A DNA stretch of 44,202 nucleotides, from the NCBI GenBank assembly GCA_964554235.1, contig CAZKNU010000001.1, positions 1 to 44,202 of the forward strand. The letters run 5' to 3'. The stretch's first letter is position 1. Every line of letters begins with the position of its first letter. A model generated the notes under the pieces. The model ran no database searches. It saw only the letters and a list, made by a program, of their open reading frames with translations, and was not told the DNA's origin. A program made the translations under genes and the position numbers. Positions 25,124 to 33,977 of this stretch are shown here, piece after piece. This DNA is from an uncultured Methanosarcinales archaeon. Lineage in GTDB: Archaea > Nanobdellota > Nanobdellia > Woesearchaeales > GW2011-AR9.

Positions 25124-25546
25124 TTAAAGAGTTACGGATGCCTTTAAAGCAGCTATTTTTCCGCCGCATTGCCCTTGCCAATTATACCCTAACGGATCAG
25201 GCCGGCATTCAAAAGTATCGGCAATGCATTCTAAAACCTCTTCTGGAAAAGTTGCTTCAAAATGCTCCATGCAATCGCTTACCGTAGCATTAATATTGCC
25301 TCCAGCTCGAAGAAGGCAAACTGCTTGCGTAGTTTGATCGGGCACTTGGTGGCAGCAAGAGATAAAACGCTCACAAATCACTCTGGAAGCCTCGCCTTGA
25401 TATTCTGATGCGCTTCCCGCTGAACCGTTATTATTAAAATTGGTGTAAGTATCCCCACAACCATGAGTAGCCCCGGCACAACCAGCAGCTATCGCTAAAC
25501 CCAAAACAGTAAGTTCTGCTTTTTTCACTAAATTTTTTATATTCAT
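25124..25546 (-). CDS. small secreted/lipoprotein-like Cys-rich protein
   Basis: MNIKNLVKKAELTVLGLAIAAGCAG, a signal with a lipobox-like AAGC, and about 10 Cys in 140 aa. A GGAGGT Shine-Dalgarno-like element lies upstream, with TTTATAAA at 25591-25598. Confidence 0.6.
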   Translation of the reverse strand: MNIKNLVKKAELTVLGLAIAAGCAGATHGCGDTYTNFNNNGSAGSASEYQGEASRVICERFISCCHQVPDQTTQAVCLLRAGGNINATVSDCMEHFEATFPEEVLECIADTFECRPDPLGYNWQGQCGGKIAALKASVTL

Positions 25547-25617
25547 TTTATCAATACCTCCTATTTAATAGGACTTAAATTGAGCGTTTCTTTATAAATC
25601 TTTCGTAGAATTAACCA

Positions 25618-26151
25618 CTAAAGAGTAGTTATACTTAAAATACGCGAAAAAGCCTCTAAATCCTTCCTGCTCCGCAGCTCCATTTTAGCCGCAGCAAAGG
25701 TGCTGAACAGCAACTTAACTTTGTACTTTTGGCATAACTTTACATTGGCTTTTACTCTTCTCAGCCAATTGGCAGGACGAGCGCTATTCAACAGTTCAGC
25801 AAACGAAAAACCAATAAGTTTGCCTTGTTCAGCGGCAATTTTGCACAAAATCTGATCTAACCCTCCTCGGACATAATGCATGCTGTCTTTAGCATGAATA
25901 TTCTCGATGCCTAAAATTACATCGACGGGAGTTTTTTCCAGGGCAAAGCGGAGTAGTTCTTCGTCCTGAACGCGATAAACGACCAAAAGCCCTTTTTGTT
26001 TAGCTTCTAAGGTTTTCTTAAGCAGCTCTTTTTTGCTCTTGCTTTCCAGCAAAATAAACTGCTCACCTAAAAAGAACGTTTTTTCAAAGCCTAAGCTGTT
26101 AGAAAAAACCACTAATTCTGGGCTTTTCTTCATTAAGAGATAATTATCCAT
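25618..26151 (-). CDS. rnp3: RNase P protein component 3 (Rpp30 family), short form
   Basis: Family-typical layout recognised from memory: ...DVILGIENI...LDQILCKIAAEQGKLIGFSFAELL...LCQKYKVKLLFSTFAAAKMELRSRKDL. At 177 aa it is shorter than typical homologues of about 210-240 aa. Confidence 0.6.
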   Translation of the reverse strand: MDNYLLMKKSPELVVFSNSLGFEKTFFLGEQFILLESKSKKELLKKTLEAKQKGLLVVYRVQDEELLRFALEKTPVDVILGIENIHAKDSMHYVRGGLDQILCKIAAEQGKLIGFSFAELLNSARPANWLRRVKANVKLCQKYKVKLLFSTFAAAKMELRSRKDLEAFSRILSITTL

Positions 26152-26268
26152 GGGAGCTAAAAAGAGGGGTTTCTTTTTATAATTTACCTAAGCAAAGTTT
26201 ATAAAACCAGCTTAAAAATTAACTAGATCCATTAACTTGGGCCTTATTTAGAGACTTGAGGGGGGAGC

Positions 26269-26472
26269 ATGAAACTTACTGTATTTAATGAAAGAACACA
26301 AACTACTACTGCAGTTCAGTTTGAAGGAAAAACCGTAAAAGAACTTCTAAACTATTTATCTATTAATCCTGAAAACGTCTTAGTGCTCAGAAAGGAAGAA
26401 GTGATTACCACGGAGGAAACGCTGCAAGACGGAGAGAAATTGTATTTACTCAGCGTTATTTCTGGAGGATAA
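26269..26472 (+). CDS. ThiS/MoaD-like ubiquitin-fold sulfur carrier (SAMP/TtuB-like) ending in Gly-Gly
   Basis: 67 aa ending ...LLSVISGG immediately before the stop. It lies directly upstream of the thiolase and E1 genes, and a G-rich Shine-Dalgarno-like element precedes the ATG. Confidence 0.7.
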   Translation: MKLTVFNERTQTTTAVQFEGKTVKELLNYLSINPENVLVLRKEEVITTEETLQDGEKLYLLSVISGG

Positions 26473-26474
26473 AA

Positions 26475-27398
26475 ATGAATTGCGGTAAATGCGGGCAGCA
26501 CGCAGTTATAGCTTTGCAGCATGGAAACTTGTGTAAGAAGCATTTCTTAAATTATTTTGAAAATAAAGTTTTCAAGACTATTAACCGCCACCAATTAATT
26601 GGTAGAGCAGAAAACCTATGTGTAGCAACTTCAGGAGGTAAAGATTCCTTAACCGTCCTGCATTTAACTCAGAAATACTTGAAAAAATATAAAATTGAAG
26701 CCACTTTGTTTGCTTTGGCTATTGACGAAGGAATTGCTGATTATCGAGAAAAAACTTTAACCGACCTTAAAGAATTTTGTAAAAAAAATAAAACCCAATT
26801 AAAAACAATTTCATTTAAAGAAGAATTTGGCCTAGAATTAAATCAAGCTTTTCCCAAATTTAAGAACACTAAAAAGAAACCCTGTAATGTTTGTGGAGTG
26901 TGGAGACGCTATTTATTAAACAAATATGCCAAAAAATTTGGGGCTAATCGAATCATTACCGGGCATAACTTAGACGATGAAGCTCAGGTTATCTTGATGA
27001 ATATTTTTAAAGCTAATACAAAATTAGCTGGAAGATTGGGACCGGTTTCCGGAACTGGCGAGCAGGAATTATTTATTCAACGCGTTAAACCTCTTTATTT
27101 CTGCACGGAAAAAGAAGTATGCTTGTATGCTTATCTAAAAGGATTTAAAGTGCAATTTGCTGAATGCCCTTATGCTTCAGAAGGTTATAGGCATCATATT
27201 CAAGCTATGTTAAATGATTTTGAAAACCAATATGCAGGAACTAAACAAGGTATTATAAATTCTTTCTTGGATCTTCTGCCCCACTTGAAAAATGCAGAAC
27301 CGGCCGTGCAAATAAAAGTATGTAAACGCTGTCAAGAATCAGCTAACCAAGATATATGCAATGCCTGTAAATTAAAAGAGTTGATCAACAATGAATGA
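26475..27398 (+). CDS. ncsA: tRNA 2-thiolation PP-loop ATPase, TtuA/NcsA/Ctu1 family
   Basis: PP-loop SGGKDS (CVATSGGKDSLTVLH). N-terminal CxxC...CxxH and C-terminal CxxC...CxxC zinc fingers. Fe-S-type Cys at PCNVCG and AECPY. Confidence 0.8.
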   Translation: MNCGKCGQHAVIALQHGNLCKKHFLNYFENKVFKTINRHQLIGRAENLCVATSGGKDSLTVLHLTQKYLKKYKIEATLFALAIDEGIADYREKTLTDLKEFCKKNKTQLKTISFKEEFGLELNQAFPKFKNTKKKPCNVCGVWRRYLLNKYAKKFGANRIITGHNLDDEAQVILMNIFKANTKLAGRLGPVSGTGEQELFIQRVKPLYFCTEKEVCLYAYLKGFKVQFAECPYASEGYRHHIQAMLNDFENQYAGTKQGIINSFLDLLPHLKNAEPAVQIKVCKRCQESANQDICNACKLKELINNE

Positions 27399-28356
27399 GC
27401 GCTATTCCCGGCAGATTTTGTTAAATGAAATTGGATTAACCGGACAGGAACTCCTGCTGCAAAAAAAAGTAGCTATAATTGGAATCGGTGCCTTAGGCAC
27501 GGTTGCTGCTGAATTATTAGTTCGTGCAGGCATAGGTAATTTATTATTAATCGACCAGGATATAATTGAATTAAATAATCTTCACCGGCAAACTTTATTT
27601 GCTGAAGAAGATCTAGGAAAAAGTAAAGCCCTTGCTGCAACAGAAAAATTGACTAAAATTAATTCTTCCATAACTATTTCTGCTGAACCGATTCGATTGA
27701 ATTCAGAAAATATTGCTCTCTTAAAAAAGTTTGATTTGATTTTAGACTGCACCGATAATTTGGCAACCCGTTTTATAATTAATGATTTCTGTAGAAAAGA
27801 AAACCTCCCCTGGATTTATGCCGCAGCGATTAAAACTTCCGGTTATGTGATGCCTATTTTAAAAAACGGCCCTTGCCTTGGCTGCTTTTTGCAGGAAACT
27901 AATTTAGACACTTGCGATACCGTCGGAGTATTGAACACCGTTACCTGCTCCATTGCCGCATTGCAGACCACTTTAGCCTTAAAAATTATATTGGGAAAAG
28001 AGGTAGAGCTTTATCTTTATTATTATAACCTTTGGAATCAAGAATTTAAAAAAATAAAAATAAATAAAAGAAAAAATTGTGAAACTTGTAATGGAAATTA
28101 TCTCTTCTTAGAAAATAAAAAAGGCAATCTTAAAAAAGCGATTCATTTTTGCTCGGCAGGAAAATACCAATTATTCGGACCAAAACCTTCTTTTAAAGAA
28201 CTAAAAGAAAAATGGGAAAAACTTGGCCAAGTTATTGATGATGGAATAACCCTGCAGTTCAGAGAAATTAGCTTATTTAAAGACGGACGCGCGTTAATCA
28301 AAGCAAAGACTGAAGAGGAAGCTCAGATAATTTATTCTCGCTGGATTGGGAACTAA
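27391..28356 (+). CDS. E1-like adenylyltransferase (UbaA/MoeB/ThiF family) with extra C-terminal domain
   Basis: ERYSRQILL..., nucleotide loop GIGALG, zinc CxxC pairs (CLGC, CETC), and a candidate active-site Cys in TCDTVGVL. It overlaps ncsA by 8 nt. About 85 extra residues follow the second CxxC. Confidence 0.8.
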   Translation: MNERYSRQILLNEIGLTGQELLLQKKVAIIGIGALGTVAAELLVRAGIGNLLLIDQDIIELNNLHRQTLFAEEDLGKSKALAATEKLTKINSSITISAEPIRLNSENIALLKKFDLILDCTDNLATRFIINDFCRKENLPWIYAAAIKTSGYVMPILKNGPCLGCFLQETNLDTCDTVGVLNTVTCSIAALQTTLALKIILGKEVELYLYYYNLWNQEFKKIKINKRKNCETCNGNYLFLENKKGNLKKAIHFCSAGKYQLFGPKPSFKELKEKWEKLGQVIDDGITLQFREISLFKDGRALIKAKTEEEAQIIYSRWIGN

Positions 28357-29168
28357 GTTTCAAACTGGTGCAATTCTTCTTTAACCTCATTAGAATTATA
28401 AGCAATTAAAGGCCTTAATACAATTAAATTAAGATTATAACTTTGATAATTTTCTAAGTTCTGCCCGCTGACTAAAACACTATTTTTAACCTGATTTTCC
28501 AGCTTCAAAAAATCTTTTACAATTTTTAATTTTAAAAGTTTAGGGCTAAATTGCTGCAATAAAGAAACGTCTCTTTCTTTTAAAGCAATCAAATTAAGAT
28601 AGCAGCCGCGTTTTAGAAATAGTAATCCTGCTAAGATACTGGCTTGGTCTTCTAGTAGTAGCCACACTCTCCCTTCTATGCCCGTAGGCAGTCCCCCAAA
28701 ACAAAGAATGTTTTCAAAGAATAAATACGCTCCCCCTTGATTAATTTCAATATTCAAAATCGTGTCAGGATTATTAAGAACAAACCGGAGCTTGCTGTTT
28801 TCTTCAATAAATTCTCCTACTAGCTGATTTAATTTTAAAGAAGTTACCAAAAAAGTTTTATCAGAACGTTTAGTTATAATTTTAAAAGTGCCTTTTTTCT
28901 GTTTTAATAATTCTAAAGCTGTTTTTTTAATGGTTTCTAAATCTTTTTCTACTTTAATTGCCGAAGAATAAGAAACCAGGCCAAATACTTTTTTCAATCG
29001 CTGATGTTCAGGAAAAAAATCAATGCTAAAACGCCCGCCTAAATTTTTTACCTCTTTTATTTTAGGAATAGTTTTTAAGTTTTCAACTAATTTTTTCTCA
29101 AAAAAGGCGCGATTTTTCCCTTTTAAGAACAATTCCCCGTAGCGTAATAATAAAGAGTTAAAATGCAT
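28353..29168 (-). CDS. ThiI-like N-terminal ferredoxin-like + THUMP domain protein with degenerate, truncated PP-loop domain
   Basis: LLLRYGELFLKGKNRAFFEKKL and the linker GGLPTGIEGRV are ThiI-typical. Where ThiI has LLSGGxDS, this protein has LLLEDQAS (nt 28635-28652). It ends about 100 aa later. Its stop codon overlaps the E1 stop codon. Confidence 0.65.
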   Translation of the reverse strand: MHFNSLLLRYGELFLKGKNRAFFEKKLVENLKTIPKIKEVKNLGGRFSIDFFPEHQRLKKVFGLVSYSSAIKVEKDLETIKKTALELLKQKKGTFKIITKRSDKTFLVTSLKLNQLVGEFIEENSKLRFVLNNPDTILNIEINQGGAYLFFENILCFGGLPTGIEGRVWLLLEDQASILAGLLFLKRGCYLNLIALKERDVSLLQQFSPKLLKLKIVKDFLKLENQVKNSVLVSGQNLENYQSYNLNLIVLRPLIAYNSNEVKEELHQFET

Positions 29169-29286
29169 GTGTTACCAAACTGGCTAAACCAGCCCTTCCT
29201 TTAAAAAAGTTCCTGAAAAAGGCCTTTTGGGTTTAAAAACAAAAAGAGGTATTTATAAAGGCAATATTTAAATAGTCTAAGCTGTA

Positions 29287-29294
29287 TTTATAAA
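29287..29294 (+). promoter_or_regulatory. TATA-box-like element upstream of tbp
   Basis: tttataaa sits 29 nt upstream of ATG 29323. A second copy is at 29252-29259. Confidence 0.45.
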
Positions 29295-29322
29295 GGAAAG
29301 TTTAACCGGGGGTCATGAAATT

Positions 29323-29880
29323 ATGGCAAAAAAAAGTTCTAAAAAGGAAATAAGTATTGTTAATATTGTTGTTTCTAGCAGTTTGGAAAAAGATATTCCT
29401 TTAGAAAAAATGGCTGCTACACTTCCTAATACGGAGTATAATCCCGAACAATTTCCTGGCTTAGTACTAAGGATTAAAGAGCCAAAAACATCTGCGTTGA
29501 TTTTTTCCAGTGGAAAAATTGTTTGTACGGGTGCTCGAACCATTGAAGATGTTGAAAAAAGTATCCAAAGCATTATTAAAAGCCTTAAAAAATTAGATAT
29601 TCACATCACTATCAAACCAGAAATAACTGTTCAAAACATTGTTGCTTCTGGAAGTATCGGCATGGATTTAAACCTAAATGTTTTAGGATTGAAATTGCCA
29701 AATACGGAGTATGAACCAGAACAATTTCCCGGTTTAGTGCATAAATTAAAAGGCACTAATGCCACTTTCCTTTTGTTCAGTAACGGAAAAATTGTTTGCA
29801 CTGGGACTAAAACTGCAAAACAAGTCAATGAAGCAACCGATTTGCTTATTGAGAATTTAAAGAAACTTTTAAATAAGTGA
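29323..29880 (+). CDS. tbp: TATA-box binding protein
   Basis: Two direct repeats, each containing LPNTEY(N/E)PEQFPGLV...F(S/S)(S/N)GKIVCTG. 185 aa. Confidence 0.9.
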   Translation: MAKKSSKKEISIVNIVVSSSLEKDIPLEKMAATLPNTEYNPEQFPGLVLRIKEPKTSALIFSSGKIVCTGARTIEDVEKSIQSIIKSLKKLDIHITIKPEITVQNIVASGSIGMDLNLNVLGLKLPNTEYEPEQFPGLVHKLKGTNATFLLFSNGKIVCTGTKTAKQVNEATDLLIENLKKLLNK

Positions 29881-29945
29881 TATATAAGTTCAACAACCTA
29901 AATCTTTAAATTCCTTTCTTTTTTTTATAATTCAAAAAGGAGCCT

Positions 29946-29975
29946 CAGAATTTTCCACTTGGAAAAATTCTGGGG
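29946..29975. promoter_or_regulatory. near-perfect palindrome with TTCCA-N2-TGGAA core followed by GGGG (ORB-like or operator)
   Basis: cagaattttcca-ct-tggaaaaattctg, 12/13-nt arms with one extra A, then gggg at 29972-29975. It lies about 55 nt upstream of the mcm ATG. Confidence 0.4.
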
Positions 29976-30029
29976 ATTTTACGTGGGATAAAATTGGGGG
30001 GTGGAACATTTTGTTCTCCACATTAAATT

Positions 30030-32054
30030 ATGGAAGTTGATGAGCAAATTAAGATATTCAGGGAATTTATTGAACAAAACCATTACCCCCCGCTGTTGGA
30101 AGCAGTGCGTAAAGGGAATAACTTTTTAATTTTAGATTTTTTAGGGTTGATTAAATTTAATACTGAAATTACTGATGAAATTTTAGAAAACCCTGAAGAG
30201 CTCTTAAAAGCGGCAGAATTAGCCGTAAAAGAGTTCGACTTACCCAAAAAAGTAACTAAATTTAACCTTAGGTTAATCAATATTCCCGATTCGCAAAAAA
30301 TTCTTATTAGTGAAATCAGAAGTAAGCATTTAAAAAAATTAATCCGATTAGAAGGAATTATTCGACAAAAATCAACCGTGCGGCCGCACGTAACAACAGC
30401 CAAATTTGAATGTCCTTCTTGTGGTAATATTCTAAATGTACTTCAATTAGACAGTAAATATAAAGAACCCTCCCGCTGTGGTTGTGGAAGAAAAGGAAAA
30501 TTTAAAGAAATAGCTAAAGAATTGGTTGATGGCCAAGGATTAGTTTTGGAAGAGGCTGTCGAAGATTTAGATGGAGCCCAACCTAAACGGATTAATGTTT
30601 TTCTTAAGGAAGATTTAGTCTCCCCTATCACTGAACGACGTTCTAGCCCGGGCTCTAAAGTGTGTATTGTTGGCTGGGTAGTAGAAGTGCCAATTACTTT
30701 ACGTACAGGAGGGCAATCCACTAAATTTGAATTGATTGTAGAAGCTAATTCTATTGAAACTTTAAATGATGATACTATAGATATGCAAATTAGCGACAAA
30801 GATTTGGAAGAAATTAAAGATATTGCTAAATCCCCCGAACCATTGCATCTCCTTGCTGAAAATATTGCCCCTTCTATTTATGGACATGATAAAATTAAAG
30901 AAGCTATCGTTTTGCAATTAGCAGGGGGATGCCGAAAAGTGCGCCCGGATGGAATTACTACACGGGGAGATATGCACATGCTCTTGATTGGTGATCCCGG
31001 TTCAGGAAAATCACAATTATTAAGCCGAGTGTCGAAAGTTGCTCCTAAGGCCCGTTTTATTAGTGGAAAAGGAGCGACGGGTGCCGGTTTGACTGCATCT
31101 GTAGTTAAGGATGAATTTCTAGGCGGATGGTCTTTAGAAGCAGGAACTTTGGTTTTAGCTAACCGAGGATTTGCCATTATCGACGAATTAGATAAAATGG
31201 GCAAAGACGATACTTCTGCTTTACACGAAGCCTTAGAACAACAAACGGTTAGCATTGCTAAAGCAAATATCCAAGCCACGTTGCATTGTGAAACCACAGT
31301 GCTAGCAGCTGCTAATCCTAAACATGGCCGCTTTGACCCTTATGATTTAGTGGCTACTCAAATCGATCTGCCCCCAACTTTAATTAACCGGTTTGACTTA
31401 ATTTTTCCCGTTAAAGATCTGCCTAATCGGGAAAAAGATACTTTAGCTGCTTCTTTTATTCTTAACCTCCATAAAGACCCTAAAAATGTGACTACTACTA
31501 TTTCTACTGAACTACTCAAAAAATTCTTTTCTTATGCCCGATCTAAAATAAATCCTAAGATGAGTGATGCTGCTATTGAAGAAATAAAAGAATATTATGT
31601 TTCTATGCGTAATTCTGGGGTTTCTGATGAAAGTAATATTAAAAGCATTCCTATTACTGCCCGTCAATTAGAAGCTTTGGTAAGATTATCAGAAGCTTCT
31701 GCTAAATTAAGATTATCAAAAACAGTTAGCAAAAAAGACGCCCAGGTTGCCATTGGGTTAATTGATTATTGCCTTAATCAAATTGCTAAAGATTCTGAAA
31801 CTGGAAAAATAGATATCGATCGCTTAGGGGGAAGTAAAATTACTGCAACCCAAAGAAATACTATTAGCGAAATGAAAGAAATAATTAATTTACTAGAAGA
31901 ACAGCTTAACAGTAAAATAATCCCTATTGAAAATATTGTTGAAGTTGCTAAAGATAAAAACATCACCCCAGAAAAAATAGATGATGCTTTGGAAAAATTG
32001 CGTCGATCAGGAGATATTTTTGAACCAAAACGAGGTTTTATCCAAAGACTTTAA
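30030..32054 (+). CDS. mcm: MCM replicative helicase
   Basis: Zinc finger CPSCGN...CGCG, Walker A GDPGSGKSQLL, Walker B IIDELDKM, NRFDL arginine-finger region. 674 aa, no intein. Confidence 0.92.
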   Translation: MEVDEQIKIFREFIEQNHYPPLLEAVRKGNNFLILDFLGLIKFNTEITDEILENPEELLKAAELAVKEFDLPKKVTKFNLRLINIPDSQKILISEIRSKHLKKLIRLEGIIRQKSTVRPHVTTAKFECPSCGNILNVLQLDSKYKEPSRCGCGRKGKFKEIAKELVDGQGLVLEEAVEDLDGAQPKRINVFLKEDLVSPITERRSSPGSKVCIVGWVVEVPITLRTGGQSTKFELIVEANSIETLNDDTIDMQISDKDLEEIKDIAKSPEPLHLLAENIAPSIYGHDKIKEAIVLQLAGGCRKVRPDGITTRGDMHMLLIGDPGSGKSQLLSRVSKVAPKARFISGKGATGAGLTASVVKDEFLGGWSLEAGTLVLANRGFAIIDELDKMGKDDTSALHEALEQQTVSIAKANIQATLHCETTVLAAANPKHGRFDPYDLVATQIDLPPTLINRFDLIFPVKDLPNREKDTLAASFILNLHKDPKNVTTTISTELLKKFFSYARSKINPKMSDAAIEEIKEYYVSMRNSGVSDESNIKSIPITARQLEALVRLSEASAKLRLSKTVSKKDAQVAIGLIDYCLNQIAKDSETGKIDIDRLGGSKITATQRNTISEMKEIINLLEEQLNSKIIPIENIVEVAKDKNITPEKIDDALEKLRRSGDIFEPKRGFIQRL

Positions 32055-32087
32055 AAAACTTAAAGAAGTTGACCCCGAGAGATTTTT

Positions 32088-32777
32088 ATGCTTCCTGAAA
32101 ATAAAAATGTATCAGATACCCGCTTTTTTGCAGTTAAAACTACTATCAAAGAATTATTATCCAGCACTTACCTGGAAGGGGAAGACCAAAAACCAAACTA
32201 TTTGCTGACTACAGAACAACGAAAAATATTTCGATTAAATGTCTTAGCTACAGTTGTAAACAAAGAACAACAAGGAGTTATAACTAATTTTTTAATTGAT
32301 GATGGAACAGAAAAAATAATTCTTCGTTTCTTTGAAGAAAATAAAATTTCTAAAAATATTGCGATTGGGGATGTTTTATTGATTGTTGGAAGGATTAGGA
32401 TTTTTCATCAAGAAAAATATATTTCATCAGAATTAGTTAAAAAAATTAATCCTTTATGGTTAAAAGTAAGAGTTTTGGAATTAAAAACTCCTAAAAATGA
32501 TTTGATTAAAAACTTAATTAAGAAAAACAAACCTCTAAAACAAGAAGCTATTAGCAACGCCGAAGAAATTACAGAAGATAACCCGCAAAAGGAAAGCTTT
32601 GATTTGCCAGCGCAAAAATTAAGAGAACTTATTTCTGCTTTGGATTCAGGAAGCGGTGCTTTTATTGAAGAAATCATTGAAAAATCTCCTTTAGAAGAAA
32701 CCGAACAATTATTGGAAAAGATGTTAGAAACAGGAGAGATATTTCAAAATATACCTGGAAAAGTAAAAGTTCTTTAA
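32088..32777 (+). CDS. OB-fold protein with C-terminal winged-helix-like domain (RPA32/Stn1-like architecture)
   Basis: The central segment FRLNVLATVVNKE...ITNFLIDDGTEKIILRFF...GDVLLIVGRIR looks like an OB fold. An acidic linker follows, then a C-terminal segment of about 55 aa (LRELISAL...EEIIEKS...LLEKMLETGEIFQ) that looks like a winged helix. The family assignment is from pattern memory only. Confidence 0.45.
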   Translation: MLPENKNVSDTRFFAVKTTIKELLSSTYLEGEDQKPNYLLTTEQRKIFRLNVLATVVNKEQQGVITNFLIDDGTEKIILRFFEENKISKNIAIGDVLLIVGRIRIFHQEKYISSELVKKINPLWLKVRVLELKTPKNDLIKNLIKKNKPLKQEAISNAEEITEDNPQKESFDLPAQKLRELISALDSGSGAFIEEIIEKSPLEETEQLLEKMLETGEIFQNIPGKVKVL

Positions 32778-32843
32778 GATTAAACATAAGTAGAAATAAT
32801 TAAAAAATATTTTAAAATCATAAAATAGGTTTAAGTGAAAATT

Positions 32844-33686
32844 TTAACTAAACAAGACGGGAGTAACATAAACTTCGATAACTCCTGCCACTAATAAAAA
32901 ACCCAAACTGATTAAAACTAAATCTAAGATGTCTGTGACCACTCGATCATCACCAATATCGTGTTTCATTATTGCTATAGAAATAATGCTTCCAGCTAAA
33001 CCCATTATAAAATATGCAATAATTTCTAAGATGCCATGAGACATATACCTAAAAAAACTAAATGTTGCTGCACCAAAATAAAATGAAACTTTACTAAACC
33101 CTATTAAAGCCGCAGTTTTACCTAATTCTGTTTTAAGTAAACTGCCAATGGCTACAGCTATTACTGATGCATTCCAAGTTAAGACAAAAATAGCTCCTGT
33201 TCCGTAAAGTAAAGAAAATAATAAGCAAAAAAATAACACTTTTAGATTATTAGTAAAGATTTTAACAAAAATATCTATCTTAGTAATATTGCCTTGAACA
33301 TAATTATTTACATTTTGAATGGCATTTTCCTGTAAACTGAAAATAGTGTGAACTGCCTCTTGAGGTAATATTACATAAGCAAAAACTAAAGCTGTAGTTA
33401 TACCAAAAAATAAAAAGAGCATAGATAAAATAGCTTTAGAATGCTCTTTAAGTAAGCTTAATTCCTGCCCCATTTTGGTATCAATATCTTCTTCGCTCTT
33501 AACAATTATATATAATAAAGGCAACACAGCAATAACAATTAAAAAAACTGTTAAAAGCCCAGCAACTTCCCTGAATACTAAATAAGATAAAAATAAACCA
33601 ATTATGGAATAAAGAAAACCAGCAAAAAAAAGATTCCACGGTCTTCTTTTTAATACAATGAAATTAAACATAGATTCTAAAACCAT
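32844..33686 (-). CDS. polytopic membrane protein, SpoIIM/DUF95-like
   Basis: Multiple TM segments. NNLKV...YGTG...WNASV and SHGILEIIAYF resemble DUF95 signature regions. Confidence 0.5.
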   Translation of the reverse strand: MVLESMFNFIVLKRRPWNLFFAGFLYSIIGLFLSYLVFREVAGLLTVFLIVIAVLPLLYIIVKSEEDIDTKMGQELSLLKEHSKAILSMLFLFFGITTALVFAYVILPQEAVHTIFSLQENAIQNVNNYVQGNITKIDIFVKIFTNNLKVLFFCLLFSLLYGTGAIFVLTWNASVIAVAIGSLLKTELGKTAALIGFSKVSFYFGAATFSFFRYMSHGILEIIAYFIMGLAGSIISIAIMKHDIGDDRVVTDILDLVLISLGFLLVAGVIEVYVTPVLFS

Positions 33687-33818
33687 TCAAAATTAATAAC
33701 CTAAATACCTATATAAATATTACTATTAACTAATTGAAGTTAATTTTAAACATAGATTTAAATAAATTTAAAATCAATCAAAAAGAGTTTAAAAGCTTCT
33801 TTCCTCAGATACCCGTCA

Positions 33819-33833
33819 GTTTCCGATGGAAAC
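33819..33833. promoter_or_regulatory. ORB-like dyad gtttcc-gat-ggaaac
   Basis: Perfect 6-bp inverted repeat with a 3-nt spacer. The core resembles the archaeal mini-ORB TTCCAnnGGAAA as recalled from memory. Confidence 0.4.
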
Positions 33834-33962
33834 GTGAAGAATTTTATTTGAAAGCATAGTTTTGTTGTGAAAAGAGTTACATTTTGAATTTAAAACTTAA
33901 TTACAAGCTAAAAAGACTTAAAAAAAAGAATAAATAAAGTTTAAGCTTATCTTATTTCTTTA

Positions 33963-33977
33963 TTTCTATTGGAAAAC
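33963..33977. promoter_or_regulatory. degenerate second copy of the dyad (tttct-att-ggaaaac)
   Basis: Same layout as 33819-33833, with mismatches. Confidence 0.3.

Noticed and set aside
29313-32677. Antisense ORFs inside tbp, mcm and the OB-fold gene (29313-29573, 29631-29828, 30083-30403, 30443-30799, 30878-31297, 31778-31966, 31981-32208, 32408-32677), and similar ones inside polD large, aIF2-beta, TFE, ncsA and orc1
   Set aside because: The sense-strand genes have unambiguous conserved motifs. These overlapping or shadow ORFs have none.
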